Assembly: GCA_013812655.1 (NCBI GenBank)
Contig: JACCTC010000317.1
Location: 19,002-83,001, forward strand
Direction of reading: 5' to 3'
DNA: 64,000 bases
From: Deltaproteobacteria bacterium
GTDB lineage: Bacteria; Myxococcota_A; Polyangia; Haliangiales; Haliangiaceae
Shown here: positions 32,869 to 45,789 of the stretch, piece after piece
Layout of the letters: the number at the start of each line of letters is the position of its first letter
Numbering within the stretch: the first letter of the stretch is position 1
Notes under the pieces: generated by a model
The model's input: only the letters and a program-made list of their open reading frames with translations
What the model was told of the DNA's origin: nothing
The model's database searches: none
Program-made: the position numbers and the translations under genes

Positions 32869-35800
32869 CTAGCGCTGCAGCGACGTCGCGAGGAAGTGCT
32901 TCACGTCTTTGACCCTCGCCCCGGACTGGCCCTTCAAATTGCGCTGCACGTACTTCTCCCAGGCCTGCCGTGCGCCACCGTCGTTGCCGAGCACGCGATG
33001 GACGTCGCCCTCCATGTAGAGCGCCTCGGTCAACCACGGTACCTCGACGCCGAGCTTCTTCTCTTTTGTCTCGGCGAGCCTGGTCGCGGTGCCGAGCGCG
33101 CCCGCCGCGAGCCCGGGCTTGTTGATCTGCGCGCTCGTGTAGATCTGGCCGAGCTCCCACGCGGCGTCGGCGGTCTCGCCGAGCTTCATCGACGCAACCA
33201 GCCAGTCGAGCGCCGCCTTGTTCTGCTGCAGCGCCTTGTAGGCCTTGCCCATCAGATAGCCGATCTCCGCGGTCATCTGGATCTTAGACGCTGCATCGAG
33301 TGGGCGGATCGCCTTCTCGTCCTCGTGGCGCAGGACGTAGAGCCGCCCCTGGCCGATCAGCGAGTTGTGCTTCGTCGGATCGATCTCGGTCGCCTGGACA
33401 TACGCGCGGAGCGCGGTGTCCTGGTACTTCGAATCGCCCGACTCCGTCGCCCACCTCTCGGCGGCGCGGCCGAGCCCGTCGAAGTACTGCGCGTCGCGCT
33501 CGGCGTCCGCCGCGATCGTGAACAGCTTGCGCGCCTCGTCGGTCTTGTTGGCCTGCAACAGGCCCTCGGCCTTGAGATAGAGACCTGCCGGATGATCGGG
33601 CTCGGTCGCCAGGATCTGCAGGCCCTGGATGCCGGCCTTCTCGTTCTCGCCGATCCGCGCGAAGAACTTGCCGGCGCGGGCACGCAGCTCGACCGACGGC
33701 TCCTTCGCGGCGAGCAGCTTGTCGTAGAGCTTGTGGGCGTCGGCCTCGCGCGGCGGCTTGGCGGTCTCGTAGGTCCGCGCGAGCTCGAGTCCGATCTCGC
33801 TGCGGGTCGGATCGAGCTCGACCGCCCTCCGCAGCCGCTCGATCGCTTCCTCGTGCTGACCGAGCAGCGAGAGCGCCTTCGCGAGCTGATACTGCGGATC
33901 GACATCCTTCGGACGCTGCTCGATCACCTTGCGCAGCCAGGGCTCGGCCTTCTTCGGCTCGTTCGCCTCGAGGTATGCCATTCCGAGCGTCATCGCGAGC
34001 TGCGGATCCTTCTGCGCGTTGTCGATCAGCGTGCCGAGGAGCTGGTCGGCCCGCGTCCGCAGCTCGTTGGCGCGGACCGGATCCTTCGTCTTGCCGGCCA
34101 TCTCGTTCAGCTTGGACGCGGCCTTCAAGGTCGGTGTCAGATCGAGATCACCGGCGAGCCGCGCGGCTTCGAGATAGTCCTCGATCGCCGCATCCTCTTC
34201 GCCACGCGCCTCCTTCAAGAGCCCGGTCAGCGACTTGAGCCGTGCCTGCTCGACGACGGGCGGCGGCGGCGTGCGTTCCGACAGCGCCTTCAGCTTGGCC
34301 GCGGCCTCGTCGAGCTTCTTCTGGAGGATCGCGATCTCGGTCGATGCGAGCAACGCGCGCATGTCGTCGGGAGCCTGCTGCAGAGCCTTGCCGATCGCGT
34401 CGGCCGCGTTGTCGAGCTTGCCGTCGCGGAGCTCGACCTCGCCGAGCCCGGTCAACGACTCGATGTGCGAGGCAGTGATCGCGAGCGCCTTGCGATAGCG
34501 CTCGCGCGCGACGTCGAGCCGCCCCGCACGTCGCGCCGCATCGCCTGCGAGCGACCATGCCTCGGTCGCCGCGCCCGGCTCGCGCGTCTCGATATCCTTG
34601 AGCGCGAGGATCGCGAGCAGGTCGGCTTCCTGCTGCTGCGACTGCGCGGCGGGGAGCGACGCCGCGAGCCCGACCTGCGCGCGAATATGATCCTTCGCGA
34701 TGTCGAGCACGGCCGCGAAGTCCGCGCGGGCACCGAGCACATCGCCCGCGGCTTGCTTGGCGCGGGCGCGCGAGAACAAAGCCGGCACCTTGACGGGCGC
34801 GTAGCTCGCCGCGCGATCGTAGGCCGTGATCGCCTCGGCGTGGTCGCCGCGCGCGGCGTGCGCCCATCCGAGGTAGAGCGCGAGCGAGCCATCGGCGGGC
34901 GTCTTCGCCGTCATGAGCTTCAGCTTCGCGATCGCCTTGTCGGGCTGGTTCGCCGCGATCGGCGAGAGCGCCTGCGCGCGCTCGAGCGCCGGATGCTGCG
35001 CGTTGGCTTCGAGCGCCTGCGCTAGCTTCTTGCGACCTTGCGCGATCCGCGCGGGTGCATTGCCCTCGGAGATCCCCATCGCGAACAGCGACTCGGCGGC
35101 GATCCCGAGTGCCTCGGCATTGTTGGTGTCGAGCTCGAGTGTCTTGTTCGCCGCGAGCGATGCGCGCGACCACTGCCCGGCAACGAGTGCCTTGCGGGCA
35201 ACTCCGAGCTGCTCGGCGAGTGCCTCGGCCCGCGCCTCCTGCGCGACGTGGCGCTGGTACATGAAGAACCCGCCACCGGCGAGCGCCGCCGTGCCGAGCG
35301 CAGCCGCCAGCAAGATCTTCGTGCGCTTCTTCGCGCGCGCGCCGGCCGCCGGATCGTCGACGGCCTTGGCCTTCTCGACGCGCTTCGGAGCGAGCTTGGC
35401 CGCCGGTGCGGCCTGGCGCGGCTCCTCGAGCTCGAACGCGACGTCGCCGCCCGCACCACCGATCTTCCCGGGCCGGCCCGGCACCGCCGGCGTGATCGGA
35501 CCACGCAGCGACGCCACCGATGATGGCGCCATCGCGGGCGCCGTGCTGGGATCGCGCTTGACGAAGCTCACCGGCGACGGCGAGGACAGATCGAGATCGT
35601 CGAACTGGCCACCTGGAGCAGGCACCGGCGGCGGGGCGATGCTCGGTCCCTTCGGACTGTCGAGCATCGCTTCGTCGCCCGCGAGCTCGAGCTCGATCCC
35701 GGGCTGCGAGAGCTCGGAGAGCTCGAGGGTGTCGAGCTCGCCGCCGGAAGCGTCTGCCTGCGGGACGCTATCGTAGAAGCCGGGCGTGGCGGGCGCATCG

Positions 35801-37416
35801 ACGGCCCCCTTCATCGTCGGCCGACCGGGGAGATCGTCGAACACTGGCGGGCCCGCTGGCGGTCCGCCAGGCTGCTTGGCGACGGGCCGCCCGGGGAGAT
35901 CATCGAAGAATCCCTTCGGAGCGACCTCGGTCGCCGACGGATGCTTCGGGCTGACGTCGGTTCCCGGTTGCCTTGTCGTTGCGGCGGACTGTGGAAGATC
36001 GTCGAAGAAGCCCTTCGGGGCGACCTCGGTCGCCGACGGATGTTTCGGGCTGACGTCGGTCCCGGCCTGCTTGGTGGCGCCTGCAGACTGCGGGAGATCG
36101 TCGAAGAATCCCTTCGGAGCGACGTCGGTGGCCGGCGAGCGCGGCGGCTGCTTGGCGGTGCTTGCGGACTGCGGGAGATCGTCGAAGAATCCCTTCGGAG
36201 CGACGTCGGTGGACGGCGTTTTGGCGGCGGCGGGCTGCGGGAGATCGTCGAAGAAGCCCTTGGGCGCCGGTAGATCTCCGGTCCCGCCCGGTTTCGGTGC
36301 GAGCAGATCGGTGACTCCGCCGGGCTTCGGCGTCGGCAGATCGACGATCCCGGCAGGCGCACGCGGTGCGGGGCTGGGCACGCCGGCCTTCGTCATCATC
36401 GGCTTTGGCGACGGCAGGTTCTCGATCGCTGGCATCGCGGTGTCGGGCATCGCCGGCTTGCCGCGCGGCGCTGGTAGATCGGTCGGCAGATTCGAGACCG
36501 CGGGCACCCCCACCGGGGTCCTCGATCGTGGGGCCGGTAGATTGGCGGGCAACGTCGGGCCGCCAGGAATCCCGACCGCGGGCATCGTCGCGCGTGCCGC
36601 GGCCAGATCGGGCACCTTGGAGACCGCGGGCACTCCGCCCACCGGCGTCCGCGAGCGTGGCGCCGGCAGATCGGTGGAAGCGGCCTTGGGTGGCGGCGGC
36701 CGCATCGGCGGCAGCTCGGCGACATCGGGCACCTTCGCCTGGCGCGGCACCGGCGTCTCGCGCACCGGCAGATCGGTCACCGCACGCCCGCCGGCGGGAC
36801 GCGGCGCAGGCAGATCGGCGATCTGCGCCTTGCCGCGCGGCGCGGGCAGGTCGATCTCCGATGGCTTGGTATCGGCGCCGCCGCGCACAGTGCGATCGAG
36901 AGGCCCGCGCGGCGCGGGCAGGTCGGCGATCCCAACAGCCTCGGACGGTGCGAGCAGATCATCGAGATCGAGCGCGCCGGCAGGTACCGATGTCGGCCCC
37001 GTCGACATTCGCTTGTTGCGTGGCACCGGCAACTCGGGCTCGGTGAGGGGGTGATCGAGATCGATCGGTGCGGGCGTCGGTCCGTGGCTTCCCGGTCCGG
37101 CAGCGCCAAGCCCCGCGGCCGTGTTTGGTCCGGCGGCGGCGAGTCCCGCCGGCGTCACCGGTCCAGCAGCAGCGAGTCCCGAGCGGGGGGCGGGCTTCGC
37201 GGCTTCGCCGCCCAGCGCACTCTGACGGCGCGGCGCTGGTAGATCGGCGAAGTCGAGCGCGTCGCCGCGCGGCGGCCCCTTGCCAGCTCCGCCGCCGAGC
37301 GTGATAGCGACGCGAGATTTGCAGCTCGCGCAGTTCACGAACTTCGCGCCGACGGGCACATCGGCGTCGGCAACACGATTAACAGTCCCGCACGCCGTGC
37401 AGGTCGCCTCGATCAT
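32869..37416 (-). CDS. 1515-aa zinc-ribbon / proline-rich repeat / TM / TPR protein
   Basis: N-terminal CTACG...NCASCKS (MJ0042-type zinc ribbon). Many DLPAPRG/DLPxP repeats and five APKGFFDDLPQ repeats. One TM segment (ILLAAALGTAALAGGGFFMY). About 800 aa of TPR follow. Confidence 0.8.
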   Translation of the reverse strand: MIEATCTACGTVNRVADADVPVGAKFVNCASCKSRVAITLGGGAGKGPPRGDALDFADLPAPRRQSALGGEAAKPAPRSGLAAAGPVTPAGLAAAGPNTAAGLGAAGPGSHGPTPAPIDLDHPLTEPELPVPRNKRMSTGPTSVPAGALDLDDLLAPSEAVGIADLPAPRGPLDRTVRGGADTKPSEIDLPAPRGKAQIADLPAPRPAGGRAVTDLPVRETPVPRQAKVPDVAELPPMRPPPPKAASTDLPAPRSRTPVGGVPAVSKVPDLAAARATMPAVGIPGGPTLPANLPAPRSRTPVGVPAVSNLPTDLPAPRGKPAMPDTAMPAIENLPSPKPMMTKAGVPSPAPRAPAGIVDLPTPKPGGVTDLLAPKPGGTGDLPAPKGFFDDLPQPAAAKTPSTDVAPKGFFDDLPQSASTAKQPPRSPATDVAPKGFFDDLPQSAGATKQAGTDVSPKHPSATEVAPKGFFDDLPQSAATTRQPGTDVSPKHPSATEVAPKGFFDDLPGRPVAKQPGGPPAGPPVFDDLPGRPTMKGAVDAPATPGFYDSVPQADASGGELDTLELSELSQPGIELELAGDEAMLDSPKGPSIAPPPVPAPGGQFDDLDLSSPSPVSFVKRDPSTAPAMAPSSVASLRGPITPAVPGRPGKIGGAGGDVAFELEEPRQAAPAAKLAPKRVEKAKAVDDPAAGARAKKRTKILLAAALGTAALAGGGFFMYQRHVAQEARAEALAEQLGVARKALVAGQWSRASLAANKTLELDTNNAEALGIAAESLFAMGISEGNAPARIAQGRKKLAQALEANAQHPALERAQALSPIAANQPDKAIAKLKLMTAKTPADGSLALYLGWAHAARGDHAEAITAYDRAASYAPVKVPALFSRARAKQAAGDVLGARADFAAVLDIAKDHIRAQVGLAASLPAAQSQQQEADLLAILALKDIETREPGAATEAWSLAGDAARRAGRLDVARERYRKALAITASHIESLTGLGEVELRDGKLDNAADAIGKALQQAPDDMRALLASTEIAILQKKLDEAAAKLKALSERTPPPPVVEQARLKSLTGLLKEARGEEDAAIEDYLEAARLAGDLDLTPTLKAASKLNEMAGKTKDPVRANELRTRADQLLGTLIDNAQKDPQLAMTLGMAYLEANEPKKAEPWLRKVIEQRPKDVDPQYQLAKALSLLGQHEEAIERLRRAVELDPTRSEIGLELARTYETAKPPREADAHKLYDKLLAAKEPSVELRARAGKFFARIGENEKAGIQGLQILATEPDHPAGLYLKAEGLLQANKTDEARKLFTIAADAERDAQYFDGLGRAAERWATESGDSKYQDTALRAYVQATEIDPTKHNSLIGQGRLYVLRHEDEKAIRPLDAASKIQMTAEIGYLMGKAYKALQQNKAALDWLVASMKLGETADAAWELGQIYTSAQINKPGLAAGALGTATRLAETKEKKLGVEVPWLTEALYMEGDVHRVLGNDGGARQAWEKYVQRNLKGQSGARVKDVKHFLATSLQR
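35896..36275. repeat. Imperfect in-frame tandem repeat (5 units of 99, 99, 81, 66 and about 35 bp) inside the giant gene
   Basis: Units begin with gagatc(g/a)tcgaagaa(t/g)cccttcgg at 35896, 35995, 36094, 36175 and 36241. They encode the APKGFFDDLPQ repeats. Confidence 0.8.
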
Positions 37417-37454
37417 CCGGCGGAATCATACCGCGAGCGCGACGAGATTGCCTG

Positions 37455-38096
37455 TCAGCGGCGTCGGGGCGCGGTGGCATCGGGCCGGAGCAGGTCGCGG
37501 TCAGCGTCCCTCTCCTCGTCCTCGCCGGCGAACGGGTCCTGCATGCGGTCGCGTCGGGGCGTCCTGCGACGGGTCACCGTCTGCAATTGCTTCTGGATCC
37601 GCCGCTCGAACGCCGGCAGCACGACGATCAGCCGGGCGGTCTGGGTCGGCGTCAGGATCTTCCTGAGCTCGGAGAGGCGCTTGTCCTCGAGATCCCAGAA
37701 CGCCTTCTGGTTCGCGATCGCCTCGTCGATCAGCTTGTCGAGCACCTTCGGATCGCCAGGCACCGCGGTGGCGGCCGCGAGCCGGCGCTGAACGTCGAGC
37801 CGCTGCACGATCAGCTTGTCAGACACCTCGTCCCACTTGGCCAGCACGGGAAATAGCTTCGCCGCCGACTTCTCGTCGAGCTCGAGCTCCTCGGTCAGCG
37901 TGTACGCACGCATCGCGCGGATCTTCTTCTTCACGGCATCGCGGCGATCGAGCTGTCGATCGTTCAGTCGATCGACCCGGGGCAGCGGTGCCGGGTCGGT
38001 GCGCGGCGGCGGACCGGTGCGCGGCTGCGCGGCTGCGACGGGCACGTTCGCGGTGCCGGCGATCACGAGGGCGAGGGCGACGATCCACGCGCGCAT
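37455..38096 (-). CDS. Periplasmic Spy/CpxP-like (LTxxQ) protein
   Basis: The start MRAWIVALALVIAGTANVPVAAAQ (signal peptide) at 38096 forms an ATGA overlap with the anti-sigma stop. Helical, with LTEEL and LTPTQ motifs. Confidence 0.55.
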   Translation of the reverse strand: MRAWIVALALVIAGTANVPVAAAQPRTGPPPRTDPAPLPRVDRLNDRQLDRRDAVKKKIRAMRAYTLTEELELDEKSAAKLFPVLAKWDEVSDKLIVQRLDVQRRLAAATAVPGDPKVLDKLIDEAIANQKAFWDLEDKRLSELRKILTPTQTARLIVVLPAFERRIQKQLQTVTRRRTPRRDRMQDPFAGEDEERDADRDLLRPDATAPRRR

Positions 38097-38773
38097 CAGC
38101 TGCGTCCTCGTCGCGATCTGGGACTGTCGAGCCACTGCTCTGCGCGCTCGAGATCCTCGCCGTCGAGCGTCTCGACCCACTCGAGAGCATCACCGCCGAG
38201 CAGGCTGATCGCCGCGGGCTCGCCATCGTACGGTGCCACTTCGTCGTCCAGCCAGCCGTCGTCAAGCAGCGCGTCGTCGTCGAGCTCACCCTCGACGATC
38301 GCGCCGTCGAGCCAGAGCGCGAGCGTGTCGTCCGCCCGGTCGCCATCACCCTCCGCTGTGACAGCGATCTCGGTGAGCTGCGCGCTGCCGGAGGTGCTCG
38401 GCCCAGGCGTCGCCGCGCGGTTCGCGACTCCGAGGACAATGATGATCGCCGCGGCGGTCGCGAGCGCCATGCCCGGAACGATCCAGCGCCACGCGCGGTA
38501 CCATGGACGCGGGACCGTATCGCCGACGGCCTCGTGGATGGAGCGCTCGAGGGCCGCCCAGTCCGGAGCCTGGCCTTCCGGCGGCAGCTCGCGGAGATCA
38601 TGGATCAGCGCGCGGGTCGCGGCCTCGTCGGCTCGCAACGCCGGATCGCGCGCGAGCAGATCGTCGACGCGGCGGCGCTCGTCGAGCGACAGCTCGCTGA
38701 CACCGTCGACGTATGCCGCGAGCAGCTCGGTATCGCCGCGATCTCGCTTCGGATCACCGGGCATCGCGGTCAC
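38096..38773 (-). CDS. Anti-sigma factor (single-pass membrane)
   Basis: It overlaps the ECF sigma gene end. N-terminal LLAAYVDGVSELSLDERRRVDDLLARDPALR, then TM segment WRWIVPGMALATAAAIIIVLGV. An alternative start is at 38764. Confidence 0.6.
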   Translation of the reverse strand: MTAMPGDPKRDRGDTELLAAYVDGVSELSLDERRRVDDLLARDPALRADEAATRALIHDLRELPPEGQAPDWAALERSIHEAVGDTVPRPWYRAWRWIVPGMALATAAAIIIVLGVANRAATPGPSTSGSAQLTEIAVTAEGDGDRADDTLALWLDGAIVEGELDDDALLDDGWLDDEVAPYDGEPAAISLLGGDALEWVETLDGEDLERAEQWLDSPRSRRGRS

Positions 38774-39323
38774 CCAGGATCTCGCGGAGGCGTTTCACCG
38801 CGTAGTGGAAGTTCACCTTCGCAGTGTTCTCCGAACAGTCGGCGAGCTCGGCTACCTCCTTGAACGAGAGGTCGTCGAACACGCGAAGCTCGAGGACGAG
38901 CTTCTGCTTCGGAGGAAGCTTCACGATCGCGGCACGCAGCCGCGCACCTTCCTGGCCCCCCATCAGCTGGGCGAGCACCGGGCTCGCGACCGTCAGCGCG
39001 TCGTCGGCGAGCTCGGTCGGCTCCTCGCGGCGGTGGTCGCGCAACCACGATAGCGCGCAGTTGATCGCGATCCGGTAGAGCCAGCTCCGCACCGACGCGG
39101 CCCCACGAAAGCCGGCGAGCCCGCGAAACGCACGCACGAAGGTCTGCTGCGTGACGTCGGAGGCATCGGCCTCGCGACCGACATAGCGGCGCACGAGGTG
39201 CCACACGCCCTGCTGATGACGGCGAACGATCTGATCGAACGCGGCGCGCTCGCCGCTGCGAAACCGCTCCGCGAGCTCGGCGTCGGGATCGACGGTCACG
39301 GCAGACGTGGCCGAATCGAGCAT
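38754..39323 (-). CDS. ECF-type RNA polymerase sigma factor
   Basis: AELAERFRSGERAAFDQIVRRHQQGVWHLVRRYV (region 2). LPPKQKLVLELRVFDDLSFKEVAELADCSENTAKVNFHYAVKRLRE (region 4). Confidence 0.85.
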   Translation of the reverse strand: MLDSATSAVTVDPDAELAERFRSGERAAFDQIVRRHQQGVWHLVRRYVGREADASDVTQQTFVRAFRGLAGFRGAASVRSWLYRIAINCALSWLRDHRREEPTELADDALTVASPVLAQLMGGQEGARLRAAIVKLPPKQKLVLELRVFDDLSFKEVAELADCSENTAKVNFHYAVKRLREILGDRDAR

Positions 39324-39448
39324 GGGAAGTCGGGGGGCGAGGACGTCCACGTTGCGATCCGACCCCCAGCTTGCCAGGGTGGTTAAGCCCGCGGTAGGGT
39401 CCGACCCCAACCCCTTTCGATTATTACAAAAACGGAGCGGAAACGCAG

Positions 39449-40735
<1,287 letters not shown>

Positions 40736-40765
40736 GGACCGCCACGGACCGCCAATTGACCGAAG

Positions 40766-40825
40766 GGGAGCGAGGCCGTCTGGCCGAGTGCCCAAAAGGG
40801 AGCGAGGCCGTCTGGCCGAGTGCCC
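40766..40825 (+). repeat. Perfect 28-bp direct repeat x2 (period 32) in the serS 3' region
   Basis: gggagcgaggccgtctggccgagtgccc occurs at 40766-40793 and again at 40798-40825. Each copy is an imperfect palindrome around GGCCGTCTGGCC and contains TGGCCGAGTG, the D-arm 10-mer of the downstream tRNA-Ser genes. Confidence 0.85.
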
Positions 40826-40841
40826 GCGAAGGTCATGAGTG

Positions 40842-40865
40842 CCCGGAGGTTTGTCCGGGATTTTT
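40842..40865 (+). terminator. Rho-independent terminator candidate after serS
   Basis: Stem CCCGGA, loop GGTTTG, stem TCCGGG, followed by ATTTTT. Confidence 0.6.
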
Positions 40866-40991
40866 GACGACTTCGGTCCGCTCGGAGGTCGACAGATCGA
40901 TCGCGCCGGTCGGCCGTCCGGGACGCACTCCTCGCCGTCCGGGTTTGGTCCGAGAACGCGTGCGGGAGCGTGTAGAAGTTTCCCTTCCGAC

Positions 40992-41019
40992 TTTACAAGG
41001 AACCCTCGATCCCTATACT
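40992..41019 (+). promoter_or_regulatory. Sigma70-type promoter candidate for the tRNA cluster
   Basis: TTTACA (40992-40997), a 16-nt spacer, then TATACT (41014-41019), 22 nt upstream of the first tRNA. Confidence 0.5.
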
Positions 41020-41041
41020 GCCCCTGCCTCTGGGACCCCCT

Positions 41042-41125
<84 letters not shown>

Positions 41126-41257
41126 AGGCTTTGATAATCGAATAGTGTCACGCAGGTGGTCAGTGGGCGGGACGTACGCGTCACAACGTCGTCCCGACCC
41201 GAAACGTTTTCTTGGCAAACAGGGCCGAGCCGCTGATTGCAACAATCAGTGGCCCAT

Positions 41258-41349
<92 letters not shown>

Positions 41350-41422
41350 GGTGGCTTGGCCGCGCTACAGCGCGGACCGGCCGCGCTAAGCCAGAGATAC
41401 AGGTGATAAAGCGACACGATGA

Positions 41423-41495
<73 letters not shown>

Positions 41496-41499
41496 CAAC

Positions 41500-41985
41500 A
41501 TGATTGACGTCGAGCTACAGCAACAGATGGATGAAGGCTGGATGGATGCCGCGCTCGACGAGGCGCGCGCTGCAGCGACCGCGGGAGATGTTCCCGTGGG
41601 CGCGGTGGTCGTGCACGACGGCGTGGTGATCGGACGAGGTCGCAATCGACGCGAGCTCGACGGTGATCCAACAGCGCATGCGGAGATCGTCGCGCTGCGC
41701 GAAGCAGCGAGGGTGATCGGTCACTGGCGCGTCGAAGCCACGCTCTTCGTCACCCAGGAACCATGTCCGATGTGCGCGGGCGCGATCGTCAATGCGCGCG
41801 TCAAGCGGCTGGTCTTCGGATGTCTCAATCCGAAAGCCGGTGCGGTCGCGACGCTCTTTCAGATTCCGACCGATCCTCGACTCAATCATCGAGTCGAGGT
41901 GGTCGCCGGGGTCCGCAGCGCAGAGTGCGCCGCGGTGCTACAGGGGTTCTTCGCCGCACTCCGGCGGGGTCCCAGCTATCAGTGA
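41500..41985 (+). CDS. tadA: tRNA-specific adenosine deaminase
   Basis: 161 aa with WMDAALDEARAAATAGDVPVGAVVV, the HAE motif (DPTAHAEIVALREA) and the PCPMCAGA zinc motif. Alternative in-frame ATGs are at 41527 and 41542. Confidence 0.9.
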   Translation: MIDVELQQQMDEGWMDAALDEARAAATAGDVPVGAVVVHDGVVIGRGRNRRELDGDPTAHAEIVALREAARVIGHWRVEATLFVTQEPCPMCAGAIVNARVKRLVFGCLNPKAGAVATLFQIPTDPRLNHRVEVVAGVRSAECAAVLQGFFAALRRGPSYQ

Positions 41986-42001
41986 CTTTGTTCTCTGGTC
42001 G

Positions 42002-42040
42002 CCAGTCGTGTCCGAGTGGCACGACGGGTTTTGTTCTTTT
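42002..42040 (+). terminator. Hairpin plus T-tract after tadA (terminator or processing signal)
   Basis: Stem GTCGTG (42005-42010) pairs with CACGAC (42020-42025), with a 9-nt loop, followed by GGGTTTTGTTCTTTT. It ends exactly where tRNA-Ser(CGA) begins. Confidence 0.5.
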
Positions 42041-42123
42041 GGAGGGGTGTCCGAGTGGCCGATGGTGTCTGATTCGAAATCAGATGTGCGAAAGCACCGG
42101 GGGTTCAAATCCCTCCCCCTCCG
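42041..42123 (+). tRNA. tRNA-Ser (anticodon CGA)
   Basis: Acceptor GGAGGGG/CCCCTCC. Anticodon stem TCTGA/TCAGA with loop TTCGAAA. Variable arm. T-arm GGGGG-TTCAAAT-CCCTC. No encoded CCA. Confidence 0.88.
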
Positions 42124-42185
42124 CAATTTCCCGTAACTTCTTGGAGCCCGAGTGATCTCTTCGAGGCCGTCAATTGGCCGCCATT

Positions 42186-42273
<88 letters not shown>

Positions 42274-42293
42274 CAACTACCTGCGTGTTTTAT

Positions 42294-42384
<91 letters not shown>

Positions 42385-42445
42385 GAGCGAGCGACGATCG
42401 GAGACGATTCGTCGCTCGCTGTGTTTTCGGAATATAACGAACGGG

Positions 42446-43414
42446 ATGATTCGTCGGATCGCGCTCGTCGTCCTCCTGCTCGCTGCGGGCAGCTGTGATC
42501 AGGACACGAAGGATCCGGGCATGGCAGCGGGCAGCGGTAGCAGTGCCGTCGCCGAGGTGCCGCGGCCGGGCGCCGGCTTCAGCGCGGGACTCGCGAAGGA
42601 GCTCGACCTCGGCAGCGCCGCTGGCTCGGGGCAGGCCGGCGGTAGCGCGGTGGCCGACAGCGATTCCGGATCCGCGGGAAGTGCGGCAGTCGCATCGGGC
42701 AGCGCGACAAACCCGGCGGCTGGCAGCGGCAGCGCGATCGTCGCCACAGGGTCGGCAGGTAGCGCCAAGCCAGCGGCCGGGAGTGCTGCCATGGCGTCTG
42801 GTAGCGCGGCGGTCGCGATGGGATCGGCAAGCGCGGCGAAGCCCGAATCCGGTAGCGCGGCGGTCGCCATGGAATCGGCAAGCGCGACCAAGCCGGTGAC
42901 GCCGACCGAAGCTCCGATCGCGATCAAGCCCGGCAAGCTGCCGACGTCCGTCGTGATCACGAGTGCGCCCATGCCGAAGACGACCGCGCCGGTTCCCGCC
43001 GAGCTGCGCGCGATCAACATCTCGCTGCTCCCGAACTGGGAGCGCGACGTCCAGAGTCCGGGCACGATCTCGTTCTTCGTGAAGATCCCCAACCGCTCCG
43101 AGAGCGCGCTGTTCGTCTTCCAGTACGGCTACGAGGACGCGAAGGCGCCCGCCGATCGCGATGCCTACAAGAAGTGGCTCGCGGATTCGAAGATCCTCGT
43201 CGCGAGGGACGATCGCCAGGCCGGTGCGGCCTGGTACATCGAAGGAACTGACGGGAGCGGGAAGCCGGCCTTTCGCTTCGTGATCAACTACGGCGGCAAG
43301 AAGCTGCTCTGTCACGGCTCGCTCTACAAGGACGCGGCCTCGAGCGCGCTGGGCGATCTCCGGGATCAGACGATCCTCCAGGCCAAGCAGATCTGCGAGA
43401 CCCTGGCGTTGTAG
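42446..43414 (+). CDS. Hypothetical lipoprotein with Gly/Ser/Ala-rich repeat linker
   Basis: MIRRIALVVLLLAAGSC lipobox. The GSA-rich region includes a 51-bp x2 tandem repeat (42800-42901). The C-terminal globular part belongs to no family I recognise. Confidence 0.6.
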   Translation: MIRRIALVVLLLAAGSCDQDTKDPGMAAGSGSSAVAEVPRPGAGFSAGLAKELDLGSAAGSGQAGGSAVADSDSGSAGSAAVASGSATNPAAGSGSAIVATGSAGSAKPAAGSAAMASGSAAVAMGSASAAKPESGSAAVAMESASATKPVTPTEAPIAIKPGKLPTSVVITSAPMPKTTAPVPAELRAINISLLPNWERDVQSPGTISFFVKIPNRSESALFVFQYGYEDAKAPADRDAYKKWLADSKILVARDDRQAGAAWYIEGTDGSGKPAFRFVINYGGKKLLCHGSLYKDAASSALGDLRDQTILQAKQICETLAL

Positions 43415-43453
43415 CGTCGGAGGCAGCGGGTATAGTGCGAGCGGATCGGCCGC

Positions 43454-45422
<1,969 letters not shown>

Positions 45423-45430
<8 letters not shown>

Positions 45431-45770
45431 CCCCAAGATGCCCGACCTCAACGCGCTGATGGCGCAGGCCCAGAAGCTCCAGACCGACATGGCGAAGGTC
45501 CAGGAGGAGATCGCACAGATCGAGTGCGAGGGCGCCGCCGGCGGCGGCATGGTGACCGCGACGGTGAACGGCCAGTTCGAGGTCGTCCGCGTCAAGATCG
45601 ACAAGTCGGTCGTCGATCCGAGCGACGTCGGCATGCTCGAGGATCTGGTCACCGCGGCGGTCAACGCAGCCGCGATCAAGGTCCGCGAGGTCAGCAAGGA
45701 GCGCATGGCCAAGGTCATGGGCCCGCTCGCCGGCATGGGCGGTCTCCCCGGCATGCCCGGAATGTTCTGA
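45423..45770 (+). CDS. ybaB: Nucleoid-associated protein YbaB/EbfC
   Basis: It overlaps the dnaX end by 8 nt. MSNPKMPDLNALMAQAQKLQTDMAKVQEEI...GGGMVTATVNGQFEVVRVKID. Confidence 0.85.
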
Positions 45771-45789
45771 GCGCGCGTGCGCTGGCGAT

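Noticed and set aside
39324-39448. Direct repeat TCCGACCCC (39358-39366 and 39404-39412) in the sigma/serS divergent spacer, considered as an ECF promoter or operator
   Set aside because: I could find no GGAAC/CGTC-type ECF promoter consensus. A 9-bp repeat in GC-rich DNA is weak evidence by itself.
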